A DNA stretch of 64,000 nucleotides from Auanema rhodensis. Its lineage: Eukaryota > Animalia > Nematoda. Under the pieces are notes generated by a model. It made no database searches. It saw only the letters and a program-made list of their open reading frames with translations, and was not told where the DNA came from. Each line of letters starts with the position of its first letter. The first letter of the stretch is position 1. Both the position numbers and the translations under genes were made by a program. Location: the NCBI GenBank assembly GCA_964057225.1, contig OZ059900.1, forward strand, positions 4,774,001 through 4,838,000, read 5' to 3'. This document shows positions 25,619 to 39,168 of the stretch, piece after piece.

Positions 25619-28600
25619 TCTAGACTAATATGACCATGGGAAATTCATTTAAGTTCACAGTATTCTTTTATCTTTAACGGTATCCGAGTTACAAATCAAG
25701 ATCACTTTCTTTGGATACTTAGGTGGTATAGCTACCTGTTCACAAAAAATTGGAAGTCTTGGTTACCATGCATCAAACACAATACGATAGTGTTTCTAGA
25801 CTAATATGACCATGGGGACTTCATTAAAATTAACAGTATTCTTCTATCTTCAACGGTATCCGAGTTACAAATCAAGATCACTTTCTTTGGATACTTAGGT
25901 GGTATAGCTACCTGTTCACAAAAAATTGGAAGTCCTGGTTACCATGCATCAAACCCATTAAGATTGTGTTTCTAGACTAATATGACCATGGGAAATTCAT
26001 TTAAGTTCACAGTATTCTTTTATCTTTAACGGTATCCGAGTTACAAATCAAGATCACTTTCTTTGGATACTTAGGTGGTATAGCTACCTGTTCACAAAAA
26101 ATTGGAAGTCCTGGTTACCTTGCATCAAACCCATTAAGATTGTGTTTCTAGACTAATATGACCATGGGAAATTCATTTAAGTTCACAGTATTCTTCTATC
26201 TTTAACGGTATCCGAGTTACAAATCAAGATCACTTTCTTTGGATACTTAGGTGGTATAGCTACCTGTTCACAAAAAATTGGAAGTCTTGGTTACCATGCA
26301 TCAAACACAATACGATAGTGTTTCTAGACTAATATGACCATGGGGACTTCATTAAAATTAACAGTATTCTTCTATCTTCAACGGTATCCGAGTTACAAAT
26401 CAAGATCACTTTCTTTGGATACTTAGGTGGTATAGCTACCTGTTCACAAAAAATTGGAAGTCCTGGTTACCATGCATCAAACCCATTAGATTGTGTTTCT
26501 AGACTAATATGACCATGGGAAATTCATTTAAGTTCACAGTATTCTTTTATCTTTAACGGTATCCGAGTTACAAATCAAGATCACTTTCTTTGGATACTTA
26601 GGTGGTATAGCTACCTGTTCACAAAAAATTGGAAGTCCTGGTTACCTTGCATCAAACCCATTAAGATTGTGTTTCTAGACTAATATGACCATGGGAAATT
26701 CATTTAAGTTCACAGTATTCTTCTATCTTTAACGGTATCCGAGTTACAAATCAAGATCACTTTCTTTGGATACTTAGGTGGTATAGCTACCTGTTCACAA
26801 AAAATTGGAAGTCTTGGTTACCATGCATCAAACACAATACGATAGTGTTTCTAGACTAATATGACCATGGGGACTTCATTAAAATTAACAGTATTCTTCT
26901 ATCTTCAACGGTATCCGAGTTACAAATCAAGATCACTTTCTTTGGATACTTAGGTGGTATAGCTACCTGTTCACAAAAAATTGGAAGTCTTGGTTACCAT
27001 GCATCAAACCCATTAAGATTGTGTTTCTAGACTAATATGACCATGGGAAATTCATTTAAGTTCACAGTATTCTTTTATCTTTAACGGTATCCGAGTTACA
27101 AATCAAGATCACTTTCTTTGGATACTTAGGTGGTATAGCTACCTGTTCACAAAAAATTGGAAGTCCTGGTTACCTTGCATCAAACCCATTAAGATTGTGT
27201 TTCTAGACTAATATGACCATGGGAAATTCATTTAAGTTCACAGTATTCTTCTATCTTTAACGGTATCCGAGTTACAAATCAAGATCACTTTCTTTGGATA
27301 CTTAGGTGGTATAGCTACCTGTTCACAAAAAATTGGAAGTCTTGGTTACCATGCATCAAACCCATTAAGATTGTGTTTCTAGACTAATATGACCATGGGA
27401 AATTCATTTAAGTTCACAGTATTCTTTTATCTTTAACGGTATCCGAGTTACAAATCAAGATCACTTTCTTTGGATACTTAGGTGGTATAGCTACCTGTTC
27501 ACAAAAAATTGGAAGTCTTGGTTACCATGCATCAAACACAATACGATAGTGTTTCTAGACTAATATGACCATGGGGACTTCATTAAAATTAACAGTATTC
27601 TTCTATCTTCAACGGTATCCGAGTTACAAATCAAGATCACTTTCTTTGGATACTTAGGTGGTATAGCTACCTGTTCACAAAAAATTGGAAGTCCTGGTTA
27701 CCATGCATCAAACCCATTAAGATTGTGTTTCTAGACTAATATGACCATGGGAAATTCATTTAAGTTTACAGTATTCTTTTATCTTTAACGGTATCCGAGT
27801 TACAAATCAAGATCACTTTCTTTGGATACTTAGGTGGTATAGCTACCTGTTCACAAAAAATTGGAAGTCCTGGTTACCTTGCATCAAACCCATTAAGATT
27901 GTGTTTCTAGACTAATATGACCATGGGAAATTCATTTAAGTTCACAGTATTCTTCTATCTTTAACGGTATCCGAGTTACAAATCAAGATCACTTTCTTTG
28001 GATACTTAGGTGGTATAGCTACCTGTTCACAAAAAATTGGAAGTCTTGGTTACCATGCATCAAACACAATACGATAGTGTTTCTAGACTAATATGACCAT
28101 GAGGACTTCATTAAAATTAACAGTATTCTTCTATCTTCAACGGTATCCGAGTTACAAATCAAGATCACTTTCTTTGGATACTTAGGTGGTATAGCTACCT
28201 GTTCACAAAAAATTGGAAGTCCTGGTTACCATGCATCAAACCCATTAGATTGTGTTTCTAGACTAATATGACCATGGGAAATTCATTTAAGTTCACAGTA
28301 TTCTTTTATCTTTAACGGTATCCGAGTTACAAATCAAGATCACTTTCTTTGGATACTTAGGTGGTATAGCTACCTGTTCACAAAAAATTGGAAGTCCTGG
28401 TTACCTTGCATCAAACCCATTAAGATTGTGTTTCTAGACTAATATGACCATGGGAAATTCATTTAAGTTCACAGTATTCTTCTATCTTTAACGGTATCCG
28501 AGTTACAAATCAAGATCACTTTCTTTGGATACTTAGGTGGTATAGCTACCTGTTCACAAAAAATTGGAAGTCTTGGTTACCATGCATCAAACACAATACG

Positions 28601-28784
28601 ATAGTGTTTCTAGACTAATATGACCATGGGGACTTCATTTAAATTAACAGTATTCTTCTATCTTCAACGGTATCCGAGTTACAAATCAAGATCACTTTCT
28701 TTGGATACTTAGGTGGTATAGCTACCTGTTCACAAAAAATTGGAAGTCCTGGTTACCATGCATCAAACACAATACGATAGTGTT
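25619..28784. repeat. Trimeric (528-bp) HOR domain including a 10-monomer duplication that carries a 1-bp deletion
   Basis: The ACCTTGC marker is at 26120, 26647, 27175, 27879 and 28406 (spacing 3,3,4,3 monomers). The CCCATTAGATT deletion is at 26488 and 28247, an offset of 1759 bp. Confidence 0.85.
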
Positions 28785-31700
28785 TCTAGACTAATATGAC
28801 CATGGGAAATTCATTTAAGTTCACAGTATTCTTTTATCTTTAACGGTATCCGAGTTACAAATCAAGATCACTTTCTTTGGATACTTAGGTGGTATAGCTA
28901 CCTGTTCACAAAAAATTGGAAGTCTTGGTTACCATGCATCAAATCCTTTGAGATAGTGTTTCTAGACTAATATAACCATGGGGACTTCATCAAATTTCAC
29001 AGTATTCTTCTATCTTCAACGGTATCCGAGTTACAAATCAAGATCACTTTCTTTGGATACTTAGGTGGTATAGCTACCTGTTCACAAAAAATTGGAAGTC
29101 TTGGTTACCATGCATCAAACCCATTAAGATTGTGTTTCTAGACTAATATGACCATGGGGACTTCATTAAAATTAACAGTATTCTTCTATCTTCAACGGTA
29201 TCCGAGTTACAAATCAAGATCACTTTCTTTGGATACTTAGGTGGTATAGCTACCTGTTCACAAAAAATTGGAAGTCTTGGTTACCATGCATCAAACCCAT
29301 TAAGATTGTGTTTCTAGACTAATATGACCATGGGAAATTCATTTAAGTTCACAGTATTCTTTTATCTTTAACGGTATCCGAGTTACAAATCAAGATCACT
29401 TTCTTTGGATACTTAGGTGGTATAGCTACCTGTTCACAAAAAATTGGAAGTCCTGGTTACCATGCATCAAACCCATTAAAATTGTGTTTCTAGACTAATA
29501 TGACCATGGGAAATTTATTTAAGTTCACAGTATTCTTTTATCTTCAACGGTATCCGAGTTACAAATCAAGATCACTTTCTTTGGATACTTATGTGGTATA
29601 GCTACCTGTTCACAAAAAATTGGAAGTCTTGGTTACCATGCATCAAATCCTTTAAGATTGTGTTTCTAGACTAATATGACCATGGGAAATTCATTTAAGT
29701 TCACAGTATTCTTTTATCTTTAACGGTATCCGAGTTACAAATCAAGATCACTTTCTTTGGATACTTAGGTGGTATAGCTACCTGTTCACAAAAAATTGGA
29801 AGTCTTGGTTACCATGCATCAAACACAATACGATAGTGTTTCTAGACTAATATGACCATGGGGACTTCATTAAAATTAACAGTATTCTTCTATCTTCAAC
29901 GGTATCCGAGTTACAAATCAAGATCACTTTCTTTGGATACTTAGGTGGTATAGCTACCTGTTCACAAAAAATTGGAAGTCTTGGTTACCATGCATCAAAC
30001 CCATTAAGATTGTGTTTCTAGACTAATATGACCATGGGAAATTCATTTAAGTTCACAGTATTCTTTTATCTTTAACGGTATCCGAGTTACAAATCAAGAT
30101 CACTTTCTTTGGATACTTAGGTGGTATAGCTACCTGTTCACAAAAAATTGGAAGTCCTGGTTACCATGCATCAAACCCATTAAAATTGTGTTTCTAGACT
30201 AATATGACCATGGGAAATTCATTTAAGTTTACAGTATTCTTCTATCTTTAACGGTATCCGAGTAACAAATCAAGATCACTTTCTTTGGATACTTAGGTGG
30301 TATAGCTACCTGTTCACAAAAAATTGGAAGTTTTGGTTACCATGCATCAAATCCTTTAAGATAGTGTTTCTAGACTAATATAACCATGGGGACTTCATCA
30401 AATTTTACAGTATTCTTCTATCTTTAACGGTATCCGAGTTACAAATCAAGATCACTTTCTTTGGATACTTAGGTGGTATAGCTACCTGTTCACAAAAAAT
30501 TGGAAGTCTTGGTTACCATGCATCAAACACAATACGATAGTGTTTCTAGACTAATATGACCATGGGGACTTCATTAAAATTAACAGTATTCTTCTATCTT
30601 CAACGGTATCCGAGTTACAAATCAAGATCACTTTCTTTGGATACTTAGGTGGTATAGCTACCTGTTCACAAAAAATTGGAAGTCCTGGTTACCATGCATC
30701 AAACCCATTAAGATTGTGTTTCTAGACTAATATGACCATGGGAAATTCATTTAAGTTCACAGTATTCTTTTATCTTTAACGGTATCCGAGTTACAAATCA
30801 AGATCACTTTCTTTGGATACTTAGGTGGTATAGCTACCTGTTCACAAAAAATTGGAAGTCCTGGTTACCTTGCATCAAACCCATTAAGATTGTGTTTCTA
30901 GACTAATATGACCATGGGAAATTCATTTAAGTTCACAGTATTCTTTTATCTTTAACGGTATCCGAGTTACAAATCAAGATCACTTTCTTTGGATACTTAG
31001 GTGGTATAGCTACCTGTTCACAAAAAATTGGAAGTCCTGGTTACCATGCATCAAACCCATTAAGATTGTGTTTCTAGACTAATATGACCATGGGAAATTC
31101 ATTTAAGTTCACAGTATTCTTTTATCTTCAACGGTATCCGAGTTACAAATCAAGATCACTTTCTTTGGATACTTAGGTGGTATAGCTACCTGTTCACAAA
31201 AAATTGGAAGTCCTGGTTACCATGCATCAAACCCATTAAGATTGTGTTTCTAGACTAATATGACCATGATGACTTCATTGAAATTCACAGTATTCTTCTA
31301 TCTTCAACGGTATCCGAGTTACAAATCAAGATCACTTTCTTTGGATACTTAGGTGGTATAGCTACCTGTTCACAAAAAATTGGAAGTCTTGGTTACCATG
31401 CATCAAACCCATTAAGATTGTGTTTCTAGACTAATATGACCATGGGAAATTCATTTAAGTTCACAGTATTCTTTTATCTTTAACGGTATCCGAGTTACAA
31501 ATCAAGATCACTTTCTTTGGATACTTAGGTGGTATAGCTACCTGTTCACAAAAAATTGGAAGTCTTGGTTACCATGCATCAAACACAATACGATAGTGTT
31601 TCTAGACTAATATGACCATGGGGACTTCATTAAAATTAACAGTATTCTTCTATCTTTAACGGTATCCGAGTTACAAATCAAGATCACTTTCTTTGGATAC

Positions 31701-34700
31701 TTAGGTGGTATAGCTACCTGTTCACAAAAAATTGGAAGTCTTGGTTACCATGCATCAAACACAATACGATAGTGTTTCTAGACTAAAATGACCATGGGGA
31801 CTTCATTAAAATTAACAGTATTCTTCTATCTTCAACGGTATCCGAGTTACAAATCAAGATCACTTTCTTTGGATACTTAGGTGGTATAGCTACCTGTTCA
31901 CAAAAAATTGGAAGTCCTGGTTACCATGCATCAAACCCATTAAGATTGTGTTTCTAGACTAATATGACCATGGGAAATTCATTTAAGTTCACAGTATTCT
32001 TTTATCTTTAACGGTATCCGAGTTACAAATCAAGATCACTTTCTTTGGATACTTAGGTGGTATAGCTACCTGTTCACAAAAAATTGGAAGTCCTGGTTAC
32101 CTTGCATCAAACCCATTAAGATTGTGTTTCTAGACTAATATGACCATGCGAAATTCATTTAAGTTCACAGTATTCTTCTATCTTTAACGGTATCCGAGTT
32201 ACAAATCAAGATCACTTTCTTTGGATACTTAGGTGGTATAGCTACCTGTTCACAAAAAATTGGAAGTCCTGGTTACCATGCATCAAACCCATTAAGATTG
32301 TGTTTCTAGACTAATATGACCATGGGAAATTCATTTAAGTTCACAGTATTCTTTTATCTTCAACGGTATCCGAGTTACAAATCAAGATCACTTTCTTTGG
32401 ATACTTAGGTGGTATAGCTACCTGTTCACAAAAAATTGGAAGTCCTGGTTACCATGCATCAAACCCATTAAGATTGTGTTTCTAGACTAATATGACCATG
32501 ATGACTTCATTGAAATTCACAGTATTCTTCTATCTTCAACGGTATCCGAGTTACAAATCAAGATCACTTTCTTTGGATACTTAGGTGGTATAGCTACCTG
32601 TTCACAAAAAATTGGAAGTCTTGGTTACCATGCATCAAACCCATTAAGATTGTGTTTCTAGACTAATATGACCATGGGAAATTCATTTAAGTTCACAGTA
32701 TTCTTTTATCTTTAACGGTATCCGAGTTACAAATCAAGATCACTTTCTTTGGATACTTAGGTGGTATAGCTACCTGTTCACAAAAAATTGGAAGTCTTGG
32801 TTACCATGCATCAAACACAATACGATAGTGTTTCTAGACTAATATGACCATGGGGACTTCATTAAAATTAACAGTATTCTTCTATCTTCAACGGTATCCG
32901 AGTTACAAATCAAGATCACTTTCTTTGGATACTTAGGTGGTATAGCTACCTGTTCACAAAAAATTGGAAGTCTTGGTTACCATGCATCAAACCCATTAAG
33001 ATTGTGTTTCTAGACTAATATGACCATGGGAAATTCATTTAAGTTCACAGTATTCTTTTATCTTTAACGGTATCCGAGTTACAAATCAAGATCACTTTCT
33101 TTGGATACTTAGGTGGTATAGCTACCTGTTCACAAAAAATTGGAAGTCCTGGTTACCATGCATCAAACCCATTAAAATTGTGTTTCTAGACTAATATGAC
33201 CATGGGAAATTCATTTAAGTTTACAGTATTCTTCTATCTTTAACGGTATCCGAGTAACAAATCAAGATCACTTTCTTTGGATACTTAGGTGGTATAGCTA
33301 CCTGTTCACAAAAAATTGGAAGTTTTGGTTACCATGCATCAAATCCTTTAAGATAGTGTTTCTAGACTAATATAACCATGGGGACTTCATCAAATTTTAC
33401 AGTATTCTTCTATCTTTAACGGTATCCGAGTTACAAATCAAGATCACTTTCTTTGGATACTTAGGTGGTATAGCTACCTGTTCACAAAAAATTGGAAGTC
33501 CTGGTTACCATGCATCAAACCCATTAAAATTGTGTTTCTAGACTAATATGACCATGGGAAATTTATTTAAGTTCACAGTATTCTTTTATCTTCAACGGTA
33601 TCCGAGTTACAAATCAAGATCACTTTCTTTGGATACTTATGTGGTATAGCTACCTGTTCACAAAAAATTGGAAGTCTTGGTTACCATGCATCAAATCCTT
33701 TAAGATAGTGTTTCTAGACTAATATAACCATGGGGACTTCATCAAATTTCACAGTATTCTTCTATCTTTAACGGTATCCTAGTTACAAATCAAGATCACT
33801 TTCTTTGGATACTTAGGTGGTATAGCTACCTGTTCACAAAAAATTGGAAGTCCTGGTTACCATGCATCAAACCCATTAAAATTGTGTTTCTAGACTGATA
33901 TGACCATGGGAAATTTATTTAAGTTCACAGTATTCTTTTATCTTCAACGGTATCCGAGTTACAAATCAAGATCACTTTCTTTGGATACTTATGTGGTATA
34001 GCTACCTGTTCACAAAAAATTGGAAGTCTTGGTTACCATGCATCAAATCCTTTAAGATTGTGTTTCTAGACTAATATGACCATGGGAAATTCATTTAAGT
34101 TCACAGTATTCTTCTATCTCTAACGGTATCCGAGTTACAAATCAAGATCACTTTCTTTGGATACTTAGGTGGTATAGCTACCTGTTCACAAAAAATTGGA
34201 AGTCTTGGTTACCATGCATCAAACACAATACGATAGTGTTTCTAGACTAATATGACCATGAGAAATTCATTTAAGTTTACAGTATTCTTCTATCTTTAAC
34301 GGTATCCGAGTTACAAATCAAGATCACTTTCTTTGGATACTTAGGTGGTATAGCTACCTGTTCACAAAAAATTGGAAGTCTTGGTTACCATGCATCAAAC
34401 CCATTAAGATTGTGTTTCTAGACTAATATGACCATGGGAAATTCATTTAAGTTCACAGTATTCTTTTATCTTTAACGGTATCCGAGTTACAAATCAAGAT
34501 CACTTTCTTTGGATACTTAGGTGGTATAGCTACCTGTTCACAAAAAATTGGAAGTCTTGGTTACCATGCATCAAACACAATGCGATAGTGTTTCTAGACT
34601 AATATGACCATGGGGACTTCATTAAAATTAACAGTATTCTTCTATCTTCAACGGTATCCGAGTTACAAATCAAGATCACTTTCTTTGGATACTTAGGTGG

Positions 34701-34944
34701 TATAGCTACCTGTTCACAAAAAATTGGAAGTCCTAGTTACCATGCATCAAACCCATTAAGATTGTGTTTCTAGACTAATATGACCATGGGAAATTCATTT
34801 AAGTTCACAGTATTCTTTTATCTTTAACGGTATCCGAGTTACAAATCAAGATCACTTTCTTTGGATACTTAGGTGGTATAGCTACCTGTTCACAAAAAAT
34901 TGGAAGTCCTGGTTACCTTGCATCAAACCCATTAAGATTGTGTT

Positions 34945-37900
34945 TCTAGACTAATATGACCATGGGAAATTCATTTAAGTTCACAGTATTCTTCTATCTT
35001 TAACGGTATCCGAGTTACAAATCAAGATCACTTTCTTTGGATACTTATGTGGTATAGCTACCTGTTCACAAAAAATTGGAAGTCTTGGTTACCATGCATC
35101 AAATCCTTTAAGATAGTGTTTCTAGACTAATATAACCATGGGGACTTCATCAAATTTCACAGTATTCTTCTATCTTTAACGGTATCCGAGTTACAAATCA
35201 AGATCACTTTCTTTGGATACTTAGGTGGTATAGCTACCTGTTCACAAAAAATTGGAAGTCCTGGTTACCATGCATCAAACCCATTAAAATTGTGTTTCTA
35301 GACTGATATGACCATGGGAAATTTATTTAAGTTCACAGTATTCTTTTATCTTCAACGGTATCCGAGTTACAAATCAAGATCACTTTCTTTGGATACTTAT
35401 GTGGTATAGCTACCTGTTCACAAAAAATTGGAAGTCTTGGTTACCATGCATCAAATCCTTTAAGATTGTGTTTCTAGACTAATATGACCATGAGAAATTC
35501 ATTTAAGTTCACAGTATTCTTTTATCTTTAACGGTATCCGAGTTACAAATCAAGATCACTTTCTTTGGATACTTAGGTGGTATAGCTACCTGTTCACAAA
35601 AAATTGGAAGTCTTGGTTACCATGCATCAAACACAATGCGATAGTGTTTCTAGACTAATATGACCATGGGGACTTCATTAAAATTAACAGTATTCTTCTA
35701 TCTTCAACGGTATCCGAGTTACAAATCAAGATCACTTTCTTTGGATACTTAGGTGGTATAGCTACCTGTTCACAAAAAATTGGAAGTCCTGGTTACCATG
35801 CATCAAACCCATTAAGATTGTGTTTCTAGACTAATATGACCATGGGAAATTCATTTAAGTTCACAGTATTCTTTTATCTTTAACGGTATCCGAGTTACAA
35901 ATCAAGATCACTTTCTTTGGATACTTAGGTGGTATAGCTACCTGTTCACAAAAAATTGGAAGTCCTGGTTACCTTGCATCAAACCCATTAAGATTGTGTT
36001 TCTAGACTAATATGACCATGGGAAATTCATTTAAGTTCACAGTATTCTTCTATCTTTAACGGTATCCGAGTTACAAATCAAGATCACTTTCTTTGGATAC
36101 TTATGTGGTATAGCTACCTGTTCACAAAAAATTGGAAGTCTTGGTTACCATGCATCAAATCCTTTAAGATAGTGTTTCTAGACTAATATAACCATGGGGA
36201 CTTCATCAAATTTCACAGTATTCTTCTATCTTTAACGGTATCCGAGTTACAAATCAAGATCACTTTCTTTGGATACTTAGGTGGTATAGCTACCTGTTCA
36301 CAAAAAATTGGAAGTCCTGGTTACCATGCATCAAACCCATTAAAATTGTGTTTCTAGACTAATATGACCATGGGAAATTTATTTAAGTTCACAGTATTCT
36401 TTTATCTTCAACGGTATCCGAGTTACAAATCAAGATCACTTTCTTTGGATACTTATGTGGTATAGCTACCTGTTCACAAAAAATTGGAAGTCTTGGTTAC
36501 CATGCATCAAATCCTTTAAGATTGTGTTTCTAGACTAATATGACCATGGGAAATTCATTTAAGTTCACAGTATTCTTCTATCTCTAACGGTATCCGAGTT
36601 ACAAATCAAGATCACTTTCTTTGGATACTTATGTGGTATAGCTACCTGTTCACAAAAAATTGGAAGTCTTGGTTACCATGCATCAAATCCTTTAAGATAG
36701 TGTTTCTAGACTAATATAACCATGGGGACTTCATCAAATTTCACAGTATTCTTCTATCTTTAACGGTATCCGAGTTACAAATCAAGATCACTTTCTTTGG
36801 ATACTTAGGTGGTATAGCTACCTGTTCACAAAAAATTGGAAGTCCTGGTTACCATGCATCAAACCCATTAAAATTGTGTTTCTAGACTGATATGACCATG
36901 GGAAATTTATTTAAGTTCACAGTATTCTTTTATCTTCAACGGTATCCGAGTTACAAATCAAGATCACTTTCTTTGGATACTTATGTGGTATAGCTACCTG
37001 TTCACAAAAAATTGGAAGTCTTGGTTACCATGCATCAAATCCTTTAAGATTGTGTTTCTAGACTAATATGACCATGAGAAATTCATTTAAGTTCACAGTA
37101 TTCTTTTATCTTTAACGGTATCCGAGTTACAAATCAAGATCACTTTCTTTGGATACTTAGGTGGTATAGCTACCTGTTCACAAAAAATTGGAAGTCTTGG
37201 TTACCATGCATCAAACACAATGCGATAGTGTTTCTAGACTAATATGACCATGGGGACTTCATTAAAATTAACAGTATTCTTCTATCTTCAACGGTATCCG
37301 AGTTACAAATCAAGATCACTTTCTTTGGATACTTAGGTGGTATAGCTACCTGTTCACAAAAAATTGGAAGTCCTGGTTACCATGCATCAAACCCATTAAG
37401 ATTGTGTTTCTAGACTAATATGACCATGGGAAATTCATTTAAGTTCACAGTATTCTTTTATCTTTAACGGTATCCGAGTTACAAATCAAGATCACTTTCT
37501 TTGGATACTTAGGTGGTATAGCTACCTGTTCACAAAAAATTGGAAGTCCTGGTTACCTTGCATCAAACCCATTAAGATTGTGTTTCTAGACTAATATGAC
37601 CATGGGAAATTCATTTAAGTTCACAGTATTCTTCTATCTTTAACGGTATCCGAGTTACAAATCAAGATCACTTTCTTTGGATACTTAGGTGGTATAGCTA
37701 CCTGTTCACAAAAAATTGGAAGTCCTGGTTACCATGCATCAAACCCATTAAAATTGTGTTTCTAGACTAATATGACCATGGGAAATTTATTTAAGTTCAC
37801 AGTATTCTTTTATCTTCAACGGTATCCGAGTTACAAATCAAGATCACTTTCTTTGGATACTTATGTGGTATAGCTACCTGTTCACAAAAAATTGGAAGTC

Positions 37901-38360
37901 TTGGTTACCATGCATCAAATCCTTTAAGATAGTGTTTCTAGACTAATATAACCATGGGGACTTCATCAAATTTCACAGTATTCTTCTATCTTTAACGGTA
38001 TCCGAGTTACAAATCAAGATCACTTTCTTTGGATACTTAGGTGGTATAGCTACCTGTTCACAAAAAATTGGAAGTCCTGGTTACCATGCATCAAACCCAT
38101 TAAAATTGTGTTTCTAGACTAATATGACCATGGGAAATTTATTTAAGTTCACAGTATTCTTTTATCTTCAACGGTATCCGAGTTACAAATCAAGATCACT
38201 TTCTTTGGATACTTATGTGGTATAGCTACCTGTTCACAAAAAATTGGAAGTCTTGGTTACCATGCATCAAATCCTTTAAGATTGTGTTTCTAGACTAATA
38301 TGACCATGGGAAATTCATTTAAGTTCACAGTATTCTTCTATCTCTAACGGTATCCGAGTT
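34945..38360. repeat. Tandem duplication of a 9-monomer (1584-bp) block
   Basis: GACTGAT is at 35305/36889 and CAATGCG at 35638/37222, both offsets 1584 bp. Confidence 0.8.
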
Positions 38361-39168
38361 ACAAATCAAGATCACTTTCTTTGGATACTTAGGTGGTATA
38401 GCTACCTGTTCACAAAAAATTGGAAGTCTTGGTTACCATGCATCAAACACAATACGATAGTGTTTCTAGACTAATATGACCATGAGAAATTCATTTAAGT
38501 TTACAGTATTCTTCTATCTTTAACGGTATCCGAGTTACAAATCAAGATCACTTTCTTTGGATACTTAGGTGGTATAGCTACCTGTTCACAAAAAATTGGA
38601 AGTCTTGGTTACCATGCATCAAACACAATACGATAGTGTTTCTAGACTAATATGACCATGAGAAATTCATTTAAGTTTACAGTATTCTTCTATCTTTAAC
38701 GGTATCCGAGTTACAAATCAAGATCACTTTCTTTGGATACTTAGGTGGTATAGCTACCTGTTCACAAAAAATTGGAAGTCTTGGTTACCATGCATCAAAC
38801 CCATTAAGATTGTGTTTCTAGACTAATATGACCATGGGAAATTCATTTAAGTTCACAGTATTCTTTTATCTTTAACGGTATCCGAGTTACAAATCAAGAT
38901 CACTTTCTTTGGATACTTAGGTGGTATAGCTACCTGTTCACAAAAAATTGGAAGTCCTGGTTACCATGCATCAAACCCATTAAGATTGTGTTTCTAGACT
39001 AATATGACCATGATGACTTCATTGAAATTCACAGTATTCTTCTATCTTCAACGGTATCCGAGTTACAAATCAAGATCACTTTCTTTGGATACTTAGGTGG
39101 TATAGCTACCTGTTCACAAAAAATTGGAAGTCTTGGTTACCATGCATCAAACCCATTAAGATTGTGTT

